Source: TPA_inf: Saccharomyces
Taxonomy: Eukaryota
Direction: 5' to 3'
NCBI GenBank assembly: GCA_000146045.2
Contig: BK006949.2
Location: 544,001-608,000 of the forward strand
Length of the DNA: 64,000 nucleotides
Under the pieces are notes generated by a model that saw only the letters and a program-made list of their open reading frames with translations, searched no databases and was not told the origin of the DNA. A program made the position numbers and the translations under genes. Of this stretch, positions 50,476 to 62,900 are shown piece by piece (position 1 is the stretch's first letter; each line of letters opens with the position of its first letter).

Positions 50476-52296
50476 ATGGAGCAACATCTCAAATCAATTC
50501 CTCTACAGGACGACACTAAGAAAAAAGGCATACTATCTTTTTTCCAGAATACAACTACGGTAAAGAGTAATAAGTTTCTCACGAAAGAGAAGGATGTCAT
50601 CACTCTAGATGATCCTAAAGAGGATGTCAGTGGACCTATGATAGAAACTGTTAAACAAGAAACCATGAAAAGCATCAATAAAGAGTGTGCAGATGAAATG
50701 AAAACGACACCTAAGAAGGCCAATGCTGAAGACAAGCTTTTATGCTACAAAAATTCACCCATACAAAGTACAAAATACGATAGAAACACCAACAAACAAG
50801 TACCCAATGGAAATATAATAGCTATCGAGACAAAAAGCAGAAGCTCTTCTCCATGCTCTAAGAGAGAACTTTCCTCATCGAAAAAGGAAGAAGCTAAAAG
50901 AGAAAAGGAACTAAAAAAGCAGCAACGTGCAGAAGAGAAACACAGAAAAGAGTTATTACGACAAGAAGAGAAAAAGAAAAAAGAGCTAAAGGTAGAAGAG
51001 GAAAGACAAAGGCGTGCTGAGCTGAAAAAGCAAAAGGAAGAGGAAAAGCGTAGAAAGGAAGAAGCCAGATTAGAAGCCAAAAGAAGAAAAGAGGAGGAAA
51101 GATTGAAAAAGGAGGAGGAAATACGTTTGAAAGAAGAAGCCAAGGAAAGAGCACAATCCCGTATTGGTAACTTCTTTAAAAAACTAAGCGATTCTAATAC
51201 GCCTGTGGTTGAAAAGTCGGATTATGAAAAATTTTTTCTACCTTTCTATGCTAAAGATGGAGTTAGAGTCAGTAATAAGTGGAAACTAACAAAAGTGGAG
51301 CTGGAAGGTAGCAAAAGAAAAATAGATGATGAATTACTGAACAGTAAAGATAAAACAAGTAGTGACGACTTATTGAATTGGTTACAGTCTAGAAGATTAC
51401 CTAGAGGACATAAAATTAAACGTAAAGCTGTTGACGTTCTACAGCAAATGCCTTTGAAGGAGAAAACAGACGATGAGCTCCAATCTTTACTTGCACAAGT
51501 TCCGCACAAATATATAAAATTCTACGAAAATGTTAGACCTCCGTTTATCGGAACCTATTCTATGGACTTTACTTTGCCACCAAACGATCCCTTTTCTACG
51601 AAAGGTACTGGATTCAATTATGATTACGATTCTGACGTTGAATGGGTTAATGAAGAAGAAGAAGGCGAAGTCGATAACTTAGAAAGTGGTGAAGAGGAGG
51701 AGGAGGAGGAAGATGATGAAGACGTACCTAGCGAAGGAGAGTTTGACGGGTTTCTAGACAGCGAAGAAAACAGTGATTTGGATGGCCTACCCTGCGCCAA
51801 GAGAAAATTTGTAGGCCCATTGATACCAACAATATGCCTAAAATCCAATTTTGAAAACTTATCAGAGGAAAATAAACGATACTTACAACAACTCAAGGCC
51901 GAAGTTATCATAGAAACCGACGGGCCAATCGATCCATTCAAAGAACCCAAAACATCGTCTCTACCATCCAAAAGAAGTAATTCCGACTTACAGGCACAGA
52001 CCGCTAGCCAATCTCAAAGTCCCGAAAAGAAACAAAAAGCAATGATTACAGACCCCATGGACTTACTTCGACTTTTTGATGGGGTTCAAGACAGCACGTT
52101 TTCTTTGGGTACTGTGACTGAAATAGCACAGAAAAATTTGCCGCAATACAACAAACAAACAATTAAAAACACCATAAAGGAATATGCCATAAGAAGTTCT
52201 GGAAAGGGTGATTTGCCCCGCAAATGGGTAATCAAAGACGCACAAAACTGGGAGAATCTTCGAGCCAATGCAAATATGCCAACCCCGTCTTTGTAA
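50476..52296 (+). CDS. RLF2: Chromatin assembly factor I (CAF-1) large subunit, 606 aa
   Basis: The known protein starts [13 protein letters not shown], which is Met46 of the longest ORF. It has a K/E/R-rich (KER) charged block and an acidic ED block typical of CAF-1 p150/Cac1. Confidence 0.85.
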
Positions 52297-52749
52297 CTTG
52301 AACGGATCTTTAGTATATAGAAACATACAGATAAACTGATTATTTATTGGTATACATGAAAAAGGCGACAACACTACGATCGACAGTCAAGCCTTTTGGA
52401 CTTTGAATAAAATCCAGCACTTCTCGCATGCAACAAAAGAAAATCTTCTATATAAGCTGAACTACATTTATCTGTGTCAGCCAACTGCATGTTTTATATC
52501 ACTTCTTTTTGGAATATTACGAGTAGATTCATGAAAACGCAAACACTTGGTTTACTCTTTCGGGAAATTTAATGCTAGTTCGCCGCCTCGAAAATGAAAA
52601 GAGAAGAAGAGACCAGAAGAGCAACTTCGCATTGGCACTGTTTATTTCTTTAAGAACATCTTCAATACTAAATAAGACAACCCATCTTCAGTTATTTTTA
52701 CTCTTGGTAGAGCCCAACTTAGGATCCTTTTGAACCTCAAGAACTTAAA

Positions 52750-55551
52750 ATGTCTCAACAGTCTAGCTCTCCAACAAAAGAGGATAATAACTCCAGCTCC
52801 CCCGTTGTGCCTAATCCTGATTCTGTTCCACCACAGCTTTCTTCCCCAGCTCTATTTTATAGCTCCTCTTCATCACAAGGTGATATCTATGGTCGCAACA
52901 ATAGCCAGAACTTAAGTCAGGGAGAGGGAAACATCAGAGCTGCTATAGGTTCTTCTCCACTAAATTTTCCATCTTCTTCCCAAAGACAAAATTCCGATGT
53001 TTTCCAATCTCAAGGCAGACAGGGCAGAATTCGTTCTTCTGCGAGCGCTTCTGGAAGGTCTAGATATCATTCTGATCTGAGAAGTGATAGAGCACTGCCT
53101 ACTTCTTCCTCTTCTTTAGGCCGTAATGGTCAAAACCGTGTACACATGCGAAGAAATGATATTCATACATCTGATTTATCCTCTCCAAGAAGAATTGTGG
53201 ATTTTGATACTAGATCCGGCGTGAATACTTTGGATACTTCTTCTTCTTCTGCTCCTCCATCGGAAGCCAGTGAACCCTTGAGAATAATTTGGGGTACCAA
53301 CGTCAGTATCCAGGAATGTACAACTAATTTTCGTAATTTTTTGATGTCTTTCAAGTATAAATTCCGTAAAATATTGGATGAAAGGGAGGAATTCATTAAC
53401 AATACTACCGACGAAGAACTATACTATATCAAGCAGCTTAATGAAATGAGAGAACTTGGTACCTCTAATTTAAACTTGGATGCTAGAAACTTACTTGCTT
53501 ACAAGCAAACAGAAGACTTATACCATCAACTATTAAATTATCCTCAAGAAGTGATTTCTATCATGGATCAAACTATCAAGGACTGTATGGTTTCCTTAAT
53601 AGTAGACAACAATTTGGATTACGATTTAGATGAAATAGAGACCAAGTTTTATAAAGTAAGGCCTTACAATGTAGGTTCTTGTAAAGGTATGCGCGAATTG
53701 AATCCAAATGATATTGATAAATTGATAAACTTAAAGGGTCTTGTCCTGAGATCAACTCCGGTTATCCCTGATATGAAGGTAGCGTTTTTCAAATGCAACG
53801 TCTGCGATCATACAATGGCAGTGGAAATTGATAGAGGAGTTATACAAGAGCCCGCTAGGTGTGAACGTATTGATTGTAATGAACCCAATTCCATGTCACT
53901 GATTCACAACAGGTGTTCATTCGCAGATAAACAAGTCATTAAGTTACAGGAAACTCCAGACTTTGTGCCTGATGGACAAACGCCTCACTCTATCTCATTA
54001 TGTGTTTACGATGAATTAGTGGATTCTTGCAGGGCGGGCGATCGTATTGAGGTGACTGGCACGTTCAGGTCCATCCCCATTAGAGCTAATTCCAGGCAAC
54101 GCGTACTAAAGTCGTTGTATAAAACATACGTCGATGTGGTCCACGTTAAAAAAGTTTCAGATAAGAGGTTAGACGTCGATACTTCTACTATTGAACAAGA
54201 ATTAATGCAGAACAAGGTAGATCATAACGAGGTCGAAGAAGTAAGACAAATTACTGATCAGGATTTAGCAAAAATTCGCGAGGTTGCGGCAAGAGAAGAT
54301 TTATACAGTTTATTAGCCCGCTCTATTGCCCCAAGTATTTACGAGCTAGAAGATGTCAAGAAGGGTATATTACTTCAGCTATTTGGCGGCACGAATAAAA
54401 CCTTTACCAAGGGTGGCCGTTATAGAGGTGACATAAATATTTTACTTTGTGGGGATCCTTCTACTTCCAAATCGCAAATTTTGCAATACGTTCACAAAAT
54501 TACTCCTCGTGGTGTGTATACTTCGGGTAAAGGTTCATCTGCCGTTGGTTTAACTGCTTATATTACAAGGGATGTCGACACAAAACAACTTGTTTTGGAA
54601 AGTGGTGCATTAGTATTGTCTGATGGAGGTGTTTGTTGTATTGACGAGTTTGATAAAATGAGTGATTCTACAAGGTCCGTCTTGCACGAAGTCATGGAAC
54701 AGCAGACTATTTCAATCGCAAAAGCGGGAATTATCACAACACTTAATGCCAGAAGTTCTATTTTGGCCAGTGCTAACCCAATTGGTTCACGCTACAACCC
54801 CAATTTGCCTGTGACTGAAAATATTGATCTACCGCCCCCACTACTTTCGAGATTCGATCTGGTCTATCTTGTCCTTGATAAGGTTGATGAGAAAAATGAC
54901 AGAGAACTAGCCAAACACTTAACAAATCTTTACCTGGAAGATAAGCCCGAACATATTTCTCAAGACGACGTGCTACCAGTTGAATTTTTAACGATGTATA
55001 TTAGTTATGCAAAGGAGCACATACACCCAATAATCACCGAGGCCGCTAAGACTGAGCTTGTTCGTGCTTATGTAGGAATGAGAAAGATGGGTGACGATTC
55101 GAGATCCGATGAGAAGAGAATCACAGCTACCACAAGACAACTTGAAAGTATGATTCGTTTGGCTGAGGCGCACGCCAAAATGAAATTGAAAAACGTCGTA
55201 GAGCTGGAGGATGTTCAAGAAGCCGTTAGATTAATTAGATCAGCCATAAAAGATTATGCAACAGACCCTAAAACCGGTAAAATCGACATGAATTTAGTTC
55301 AAACAGGTAAATCAGTTATTCAGAGAAAACTACAGGAGGATTTGTCAAGGGAAATTATGAATGTTTTGAAGGATCAGGCATCAGACTCAATGTCATTCAA
55401 TGAGCTTATAAAACAAATCAATGAACACTCTCAAGATAGAGTTGAGTCTTCTGATATCCAGGAAGCCTTGTCAAGATTGCAACAAGAGGACAAGGTCATT
55501 GTCCTTGGCGAGGGTGTAAGGAGATCAGTTCGCCTGAATAACCGTGTCTGA
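52750..55551 (+). CDS. MCM4: MCM2-7 replicative helicase subunit Mcm4 (Cdc54), 933 aa
   Basis: The ORF has a Ser-rich N-terminal tail, a Zn finger CNVCDH…CERIDC, the MCM box with Walker A GDPSTSKS, and an arginine finger SRFDL. The 933-aa length matches YPR019W. Confidence 0.92.
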   Translation: MSQQSSSPTKEDNNSSSPVVPNPDSVPPQLSSPALFYSSSSSQGDIYGRNNSQNLSQGEGNIRAAIGSSPLNFPSSSQRQNSDVFQSQGRQGRIRSSASASGRSRYHSDLRSDRALPTSSSSLGRNGQNRVHMRRNDIHTSDLSSPRRIVDFDTRSGVNTLDTSSSSAPPSEASEPLRIIWGTNVSIQECTTNFRNFLMSFKYKFRKILDEREEFINNTTDEELYYIKQLNEMRELGTSNLNLDARNLLAYKQTEDLYHQLLNYPQEVISIMDQTIKDCMVSLIVDNNLDYDLDEIETKFYKVRPYNVGSCKGMRELNPNDIDKLINLKGLVLRSTPVIPDMKVAFFKCNVCDHTMAVEIDRGVIQEPARCERIDCNEPNSMSLIHNRCSFADKQVIKLQETPDFVPDGQTPHSISLCVYDELVDSCRAGDRIEVTGTFRSIPIRANSRQRVLKSLYKTYVDVVHVKKVSDKRLDVDTSTIEQELMQNKVDHNEVEEVRQITDQDLAKIREVAAREDLYSLLARSIAPSIYELEDVKKGILLQLFGGTNKTFTKGGRYRGDINILLCGDPSTSKSQILQYVHKITPRGVYTSGKGSSAVGLTAYITRDVDTKQLVLESGALVLSDGGVCCIDEFDKMSDSTRSVLHEVMEQQTISIAKAGIITTLNARSSILASANPIGSRYNPNLPVTENIDLPPPLLSRFDLVYLVLDKVDEKNDRELAKHLTNLYLEDKPEHISQDDVLPVEFLTMYISYAKEHIHPIITEAAKTELVRAYVGMRKMGDDSRSDEKRITATTRQLESMIRLAEAHAKMKLKNVVELEDVQEAVRLIRSAIKDYATDPKTGKIDMNLVQTGKSVIQRKLQEDLSREIMNVLKDQASDSMSFNELIKQINEHSQDRVESSDIQEALSRLQQEDKVIVLGEGVRRSVRLNNRV

Positions 55552-55869
55552 TGCTGTCTACTACAATCATTCCCTGCGTAACAATTAATAAATACTAATT
55601 AATTATAGCAAGTTTGTATTTTTTACATCCTTATGCTTTGTAACACTATTCAATACTGTATGTAGGCTCGATTGAGTGGGCGGCTTTTTTCTTATTCCTG
55701 ATTGGCTGAAAGAAAATATTGTTAAACGCACTAAATTTATCCCGAAGGATGATTACATTTAAAGACCGAAAAATGAAGATGCAAAGATCCCTCATATTTT
55801 CTACTCCAGTCCAAATCGACAAGATAAACCTGCCGATAAATCATATTTCAGAACGCTAATCAATTCATC

Positions 55870-56217
55870 ATGCTAAGCAGGATCCAAAATTATACCAGTG
55901 GGTTGGTTTCTAAAGCAAATCTTTTGTCATCAAAGGCTTTATACTATGGTAAAGTCGGTGCCGAGATTTCAAAACAGATTTATTTAAAAGAGGGTCTTCA
56001 ACCACCAACTGTTGCCCAGTTCAAATCAGTGTATTCGAACCTTTATAAGCAGAGCCTAAACTTTGCTCTAAAGCCTACAGAAGTTTTATCGTGTTTAAAA
56101 AACATCCAAAAGAATGAACTATTAAAATATGGCGCATATGGTATTCAGTTGATAGGGTTTTATTCTGTCGGTGAAATAATTGGAAGAAGAAAATTAGTGG
56201 GATATAAACATCACTAA
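55870..56217 (+). CDS. ATP20: F1Fo ATP synthase subunit g, 115 aa
   Basis: The 115-aa ORF has a C-terminal GxxxG-containing TM (YGIQLIGFYSVGEIIG). It matches YPR020W. Confidence 0.82.
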   Translation: MLSRIQNYTSGLVSKANLLSSKALYYGKVGAEISKQIYLKEGLQPPTVAQFKSVYSNLYKQSLNFALKPTEVLSCLKNIQKNELLKYGAYGIQLIGFYSVGEIIGRRKLVGYKHH

Positions 56218-56648
56218 GCTTTTTAATTCTATCTATTCGCAAAACCCTTGTATATTCGTTAATTAAATTAAATCAATGTACAAATAGAACAAAACTAGAA
56301 AAAAGAATATATATTCATCTCAATTCTATTTATTTTCTTTTCATGACATACAATGGCATTAAAAGCGATATCGAGTTATATTACATTAGCTTCTTGCCGC
56401 CAGTTATTTATGAAATAGGCCAATATAACTTTTCTGTAAAAAAGAAAACTTGACCTCAGAGCTTTCATTACACTTATTAAGAACAACATACTTGTTGCAC
56501 TATAGTAAAAACTACAGTGAAATTGATCTCAGGATCATTAGTAATTTTTCTCACTATAAGAAAAAAAAAAAAACATATATTTTGCTATGAATTATAATAA
56601 GTAAATATATACATATATATGTACAGAGAAACTGACGAAGAAAATAAA

Positions 56649-59357
56649 TCACCCGTTAATGCTTCTTAGGTGCTCTTGAAAGTTTTTATAAACTGAAGAG
56701 TCAAACCTAGAAAAGTTATTGTCCAAATCAATGAATGTTTTCGCAATTTGACAGCTTTTATAGTAATAATTGGCATGTTTTCTATCATCAGAGTAAAACT
56801 TTTGCTGTGGGAGTTCACCGTTACTATGAACTACTGTCTCTTCATTGCCTGCGTCGTCATCGATACAAAATCTCTTCCTACCCTCTCTGCTTTTTAATTT
56901 GTTATCGGGGGAGGGAATAAAGCCCTTGAATAATTCATAGGCGGCCAGAGTGAACCCAAATTGGGGAGAACTTCTTAGGACACGGGCTCCACCACCTTTG
57001 AAAAAGCTTCTAAAGCTCTCTTCCTTTAAGATAGTTCGGATAGCATGAAATATACCGTTATACTTTGTCTCACCTTTTCGAGGATCTATCTGGAGCCTTG
57101 TTTTTATAACATCAAAAGGAGTAGTCAAGAAGGCAGCTGGCATACCAGCAATGGCACCGGCAGTTAAAAGCTCCCATGTTTTTAATCGATTCCTCTTTGT
57201 TTTATCATTTGGATCAAAATCAAAGAGATCTTTTTTTAAATGTGCATAAGTGGGAAAATAAATAGCAGAGAATGGAACATCTCTCATTAAACATGCGGCT
57301 ACACCATTGTACAAGCCCCTCAGTCCTAATTTTTTGACTATTTGAGTGGCAGTTTCATTGGCTTGTTGTATGTTTTCACCAACATAGTCGGATTGGACCT
57401 GTAGCCTAATTTTTACAATCTCTAACGGATTAGTAAATATAACTTGACATGCACCAGCTGAAGCGCCAGAAATAATTTCAGGAAAAAGGCTTAGCTTGCC
57501 GTTTTTATCAGTCAACCTGTTTCTCATAAAATCATTGACAGTCAATTTTATCGCCTTTTCAGGAGCAACTCCTATTAATTGTGGCCCTAAGCCAGAGTAG
57601 AGACCTTTTATTCCTTCGCGGGATATAATCTTCAACAAACAATCAATTGAGTTTTTGTATTGGGCTAAAGATCTTTGGGCTTGCATCCTTGTTTTTATAA
57701 AGTCTATTGGGTATACTACAGTTGCACCAATACAACCCGCAATAGAACCCAAGGAGAAATTGTACAACGAATCGAAAATTGGATAAAAGTAGTAATTAAT
57801 ATACAATGACTCATTTTGATTTTTTTGCAATTCCATTTGGTGAACTAAGTCGTTCAGGTAATTTGGGTTCAAAATTTTCATGAAATCTTCAATTGTTAAG
57901 TCAGAACGCATCGTTGCTTTATCTTTTTTACCTCCAAATACAGATTCAAACAAGCCAGTACTCGCTTTTGAAGCTTTTTTAACACCAGAGTCTTGGTCAA
58001 ATCCATCCGAGAGATCATGATAATAGTCATTAAAACTTTCTAAATTTTTTCTGGATCTGCTTACTCCATGCAAATACTCATTATGGATAAAAAAATCAAT
58101 ATCTGAATCATAATGGTGATCATTTAATAGCTCGTCATCTCGATCTTGATTTCTCTTTCTTAATCTTCTGTTTTCCTTTGAATTTGCGACGATAGAAAAT
58201 AGTAGGTTGATTTGGGAAGGAGAGAACTCAATGATATTGTTTACTTTGTTATACTGGGCGTTTAAAACTGTCATAAAGTCATTTTTAGTAACTATTTGTT
58301 CCCTAATATCCTGCTCATTCAAATTATTTTCAGTAACATACTTGTGAAATATTTGGTTCAGTAGGTCAAAATTTTGAAATAAATAAAATATATCCTTGAA
58401 TACATTGTACGGAATGGAATTATTGTCCGCTTTTAGTAATTCGGTGTTTGATAGATTCAAGGAGGAAAATATATCTGCAGACACCCTGTGAGAGTAAAAT
58501 AACCTTAGAAGATAGGTGAGTTGATTTTTGCTTAGGGCTAAACGATGCCCTTGTGAGTCCATCTGTGCCAACCTATCAAAACCTATAAATATTTTTTCAT
58601 TCTTAAGATCATTTTGTAAAATCGTGACCAGAGAGTTTAAACTCAAATACTCTTCATTTTCATGATAACATTTGTAAAATTTCAGAAATCGAAAGTCATT
58701 CCAATCAAGTAGTAATTTGTTATCTTTAACAAAATTATCATCAATAGATTCGTGCAACAGGCGGATAGTATCTTTGAATTGGTTCAGATTCAAAAGAAGA
58801 TCATCAAAGCTTAGAAATCTGTTACCATAATTAATTGACTTAATTCGATCATCTGCAGCCTTTAAATTAAACGACGAACTACCAAGCTCTTTTTTTTGTT
58901 TTGCCTTCAAATTCTCTACATCAAATTTCCTAAAGAACTCATATAGAATAATGAGATGATAATTATCATATTCTAATAAATTATTAAAATAAAACCAATC
59001 ATTAAGCGTCAGATATCCCTTGTTTTGTTCATCAATAGCGAAGAAAATACACCCGAAAACGTTCTTGGGTATCTGGTTCAAATTGAACGAATGGTCCGTA
59101 AACTTCGAATAAATAGTCTTTGAGCTAGATATCAGTTCAATGAAATCGTCGTATGTTAAAATTAGTTCTCCTGTAAGCTTCTCCGTGTCAGGTTTCCCAT
59201 TTCCTGCTGTGAGTTTACTGGAGTTCACTGTCGGCATATCTAACATACCATTACTGATACTAATAGGCTTGTCCTCTTTTGTAAGGACACTTGCAAAATA
59301 TTTGAATACTTCCAATTGTTGCTTCTTTTTTCTACTGTTCGAATTGATTTGCTCCAT
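56649..59357 (-). CDS. AGC1: Mitochondrial aspartate-glutamate carrier (N-terminal regulatory domain plus C-terminal mitochondrial carrier domain), 902 aa
   Basis: The known start MEQINSNSRKKKQQ is Met12 of the longest ORF. Three carrier repeats lie in the C-terminal third (PIDFIKTRMQ, PLEIVKIRLQ, PFDVIKTRLQ). Confidence 0.85.
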   Translation of the reverse strand: MEQINSNSRKKKQQLEVFKYFASVLTKEDKPISISNGMLDMPTVNSSKLTAGNGKPDTEKLTGELILTYDDFIELISSSKTIYSKFTDHSFNLNQIPKNVFGCIFFAIDEQNKGYLTLNDWFYFNNLLEYDNYHLIILYEFFRKFDVENLKAKQKKELGSSSFNLKAADDRIKSINYGNRFLSFDDLLLNLNQFKDTIRLLHESIDDNFVKDNKLLLDWNDFRFLKFYKCYHENEEYLSLNSLVTILQNDLKNEKIFIGFDRLAQMDSQGHRLALSKNQLTYLLRLFYSHRVSADIFSSLNLSNTELLKADNNSIPYNVFKDIFYLFQNFDLLNQIFHKYVTENNLNEQDIREQIVTKNDFMTVLNAQYNKVNNIIEFSPSQINLLFSIVANSKENRRLRKRNQDRDDELLNDHHYDSDIDFFIHNEYLHGVSRSRKNLESFNDYYHDLSDGFDQDSGVKKASKASTGLFESVFGGKKDKATMRSDLTIEDFMKILNPNYLNDLVHQMELQKNQNESLYINYYFYPIFDSLYNFSLGSIAGCIGATVVYPIDFIKTRMQAQRSLAQYKNSIDCLLKIISREGIKGLYSGLGPQLIGVAPEKAIKLTVNDFMRNRLTDKNGKLSLFPEIISGASAGACQVIFTNPLEIVKIRLQVQSDYVGENIQQANETATQIVKKLGLRGLYNGVAACLMRDVPFSAIYFPTYAHLKKDLFDFDPNDKTKRNRLKTWELLTAGAIAGMPAAFLTTPFDVIKTRLQIDPRKGETKYNGIFHAIRTILKEESFRSFFKGGGARVLRSSPQFGFTLAAYELFKGFIPSPDNKLKSREGRKRFCIDDDAGNEETVVHSNGELPQQKFYSDDRKHANYYYKSCQIAKTFIDLDNNFSRFDSSVYKNFQEHLRSING

Positions 59358-59910
59358 AATAGTATAATAATTCTTTAAGGTCGGTAGCAAAGCTGCATAC
59401 TTTCAAACTACGCTATGAAAGTTATGTACTTTTCCAGTGAAATATGTTCACAAAGAAGGGATCAGGCTACTTCGAAAATTATGGCAAACGCGAGGTTGTG
59501 AGATAAAACTTGAAAGTCTGGTGAGATTAGATATCAAATCTTAACATATAAAAGACAGGTTCGTCTTGAGGTATTTATCTATCTTCGAAATATTTTTTTC
59601 TTTGCTTCGAATACTGGTTAATTCTGAGATTCAATATATGTTTCGAGATGTTTTTCCAACATGCCGGCAGTACTCCCCTAAAGCGATGCTGCAGAAATTT
59701 TTCATAACCGCTTGCAGTGGGATGACCAATAAAGAAAGCTCTTTCTCCTACGTAAAACATAGATCATACTTACATGTAAAATATGAAGCGCAATTATATA
59801 CAGTGTCGATTTTATTTAACAATTTCACAGCTGGCAGTTTACAAATGTTTTCATAACCATTTCATTAATCTAACAATAAATATGATGATTTACCAATATA
59901 CGAATATAAA

Positions 59911-62900
59911 CTAAACATCAAACATGTTATGACAAGTGGGTGACGTTTTCCCTAGGCTCCTTTCCAAACAATTATCGAAGAGTTTTCCGAATTCGCGCCC
60001 TAAATCCCAGTAGCTCTTGTTGAAAATATCTCTCATAAACTGCATCATCCCGCATAGAAAGTGGGTATTAGAAATATGTTGAAGTAAACTCGCTTTTGCC
60101 CAAACGTCATTCTGAAAGCTAACTACATCGAGTGAGCTATCCACATATAAGTTCCGATACATTCTCAATAGGTAAACTTCAAAACTTTCTATTGGAATGT
60201 AATTGTTCTTTTCCTTTAAATTGTTGTTTGCAATCGTCGATCCATTATTATCAGTATTGCCTAGAATGTTTCCACCATTGCTGTCATCTGGTTGAAAGCA
60301 TTCATCCTTTGAGGCTTCTGTATTATCCCATATGCTAACTTCACAGCCATGTAATGCAAAATTACAAGACCAAATTAGGAGTGAAGTTAATGCAATCGCA
60401 TAGGGTCTAGTAATCACAGGATCAGAATTTATATTGTAGCTCTTCACTACGGTTGGAACGTTATTTTCCTTAATGATAAACATTTCAAATAAGAACTGGA
60501 AGGCATAGACTACAGCTACACCCCCATTGTAGGGGTCCTTAGCGAACTGGAGAATCCTGCGACTGATCATGTCATATTCATCGCGACCAATTGGTACATT
60601 CATTCTCCAAGGTGCTCCTGCATATATGTAATAATCATGATGAAGAATACGTAGGACAATTTGAGAGATATGAATAACGGGAATTTTACAATTTGACGGA
60701 TTATCGGAGGAAAGCAAGTCCAAATCATCATCACATAGTCCATCTCCATTATCCTCGTCAATTTTTCTGTTCGTTAGTGTCTCCTCAGATGGAGTACTTA
60801 TCCTACATGCTTTCGGATCAGTGCAGCTTTTCTGAACTTCGTGAAGCCAATAGTTCATTGCAAATGATAAAATATCTTTCCATGAAAGGCCTAAATGATC
60901 AGTGATTCCGCCCCTAAAGTTAGTAATGAAATAGTCACCATTAACTTCCTCTTGACATTGAAATAAGATCGAAATTATCCCCGCCAAAAGAATCTTTTTA
61001 CCAAAAAGACTCTGAATATTCCAATCTGTAGTGCTTTCCAAGTCTGTAGGGGTACTCTCTATTCCACCATTGTTGACTTTGTTTCTCCGTATATTATTAT
61101 TTCGTAAGATTTGAATGACATTTTTCATTAATTGCATTAACGCAGACAAAAATGTATTATTCTCATCTCTCTTTGTGCTGCCATACCCATGCTCCATCAG
61201 AGTTTCATAGCTCAAATCATAAGATTCCCACACTTGATCTGGACAGGGTAAAGTTAGTTGAATCTGATTGCTATTAATAAATAAATTCCAGTATCCAAAC
61301 ACTACAGCATGTGTAGTGTCCATATAAAATGCGTAGAAAGCTATTCTTTTCAACATTTCAAAATCAATCCATCTTTTATAAACTTCTTGTGGGTCTTGAA
61401 TTGAATTTTCCCCAGAGGTTTTGCCGGTTTTGACCATTAAGGGATGGCCGCCTAAAGAGGGCGTTCGCCTTAGCAATTGAATGGTCGTTCCGTGATGTAA
61501 AAAAGACCTTTCATGTAAATACCTGTTCGTACTTGTTTTTTCATATCCTTCGACTAATAATAAACTTTGAATGATGTAGGTTTTAGAAGGTGGTTGAAAA
61601 TCAGCATGAGAAAAAATTATCCATCTTAGAGGACCACAAATTGGGTCACTAATCTGTTCACGATACTCGCTTCCCAAAAAACTTGCGCCAGTCATAATTA
61701 GTGCCAAATTCAAAATTGCAGGCTGTTTATCAACGTGAAAAGAGGGTTTGTGAAGCAGACCGTATTGTGGATGGAAGTTCAACCAGAAGGATTTTAACGA
61801 TTTGTGTATAGATTCAATAGAGACATAGCGTAATTCTGGAACAAATGAAAACATTTCTTGACATTTTTCTTTTGATATCTTATACTTTGTTAAGGGATCC
61901 GGATGGAAAAATGACGGGACACTTTTCATAGAGTGACGCAACTGTTCCTTGTAGTTCAGAGAGGAATTGTTTCCTACTCCTGAATCTTTAGATGATCTCC
62001 GTTTTAGCTCGTTGATATTAAGCTTCTGACTGGAAAGATTGTCCTTCACTGAAGTACTGGGGTTATCGTTGAACTTCGGTTGTGCTTTGGGAATTTTAAT
62101 GTTATCTTGTGGTAACTCAAACATAACTGGAGGATTCTGGAACCCTTCGTCTTGTTGAACAGGTTTTTCATTAGGTGGGATTGTATTCTTGTCAGAAAAT
62201 GTATCTTCAATACTTACTTGCGGGGCTTCAGAAAGTTCTTGCATGAAAGATTGTAATGGGTCGCTGTTCAAAAAATTTGTAGAAAAAAGGTCCTGCATAA
62301 CTGACAAATTAGCACCGCTAGAGGAAGATGTTAATGGATCTCCAAATGGATTCTGGGGTGGTAATTGTTGTTGTTGTTGTTGTTGCTGTTGCTGTTGCTG
62401 TTGCTGTTGGGCAAGCTTTTGCTGCTGAAAGTACTGTTCCTGTTGTTGATCCTGGGTAAGTGGCTGGAGTGGCTGCTGATATGAACTACTTGCAAAATTT
62501 CTGTCTTGATATCGTTGCTGCTGCACGGCTGGATTGATATTCATATTTTGGTCATTGCCATTACCGTTGTTATTCGCTGCATCCACTTCAAAACCATTAA
62601 CGCCTGTACGGTTATCAAATATCAAATTAAAAAATTGATTACCATTTTGACCGTTGTTCCTTATTCGAGGATCATACGATGGAAAAGTAGGACTTGCTTG
62701 CTGTGGATGCATTTGTTGCTGCAACATAGGTTGTTGCAATGGTGCCCGCAGTTGCTGCGGGAATTGAAGTTGCTGCAGTTGTTGAATTTGTTGTGGTTGT
62801 TGTGATTGCTGAACCTGTTGAGGTTGTTGAGCCTGTTGAAGAAAAGGACGAAATTTTGATTCTTGTGTGATAGATGGTGGTGGATTCACAGAATTTTTTA

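Noticed and set aside
50745-51154. Two minus-strand ORFs (132 and 86 aa) rich in Ser/Phe/Leu antisense to RLF2
   Set aside because: They are an artefact of the K/E/R-rich (AAG/GAA/AGA-repeat) coding region of RLF2 read on the opposite strand. Their composition is low-complexity.
62189-62805. Plus-strand ORFs encoding poly-Cys (CCCCCCCCCCCCCCC) and poly-Leu peptides
   Set aside because: They are the antisense reading of the CAA/CAG glutamine repeats of YPR022C and are not genes.
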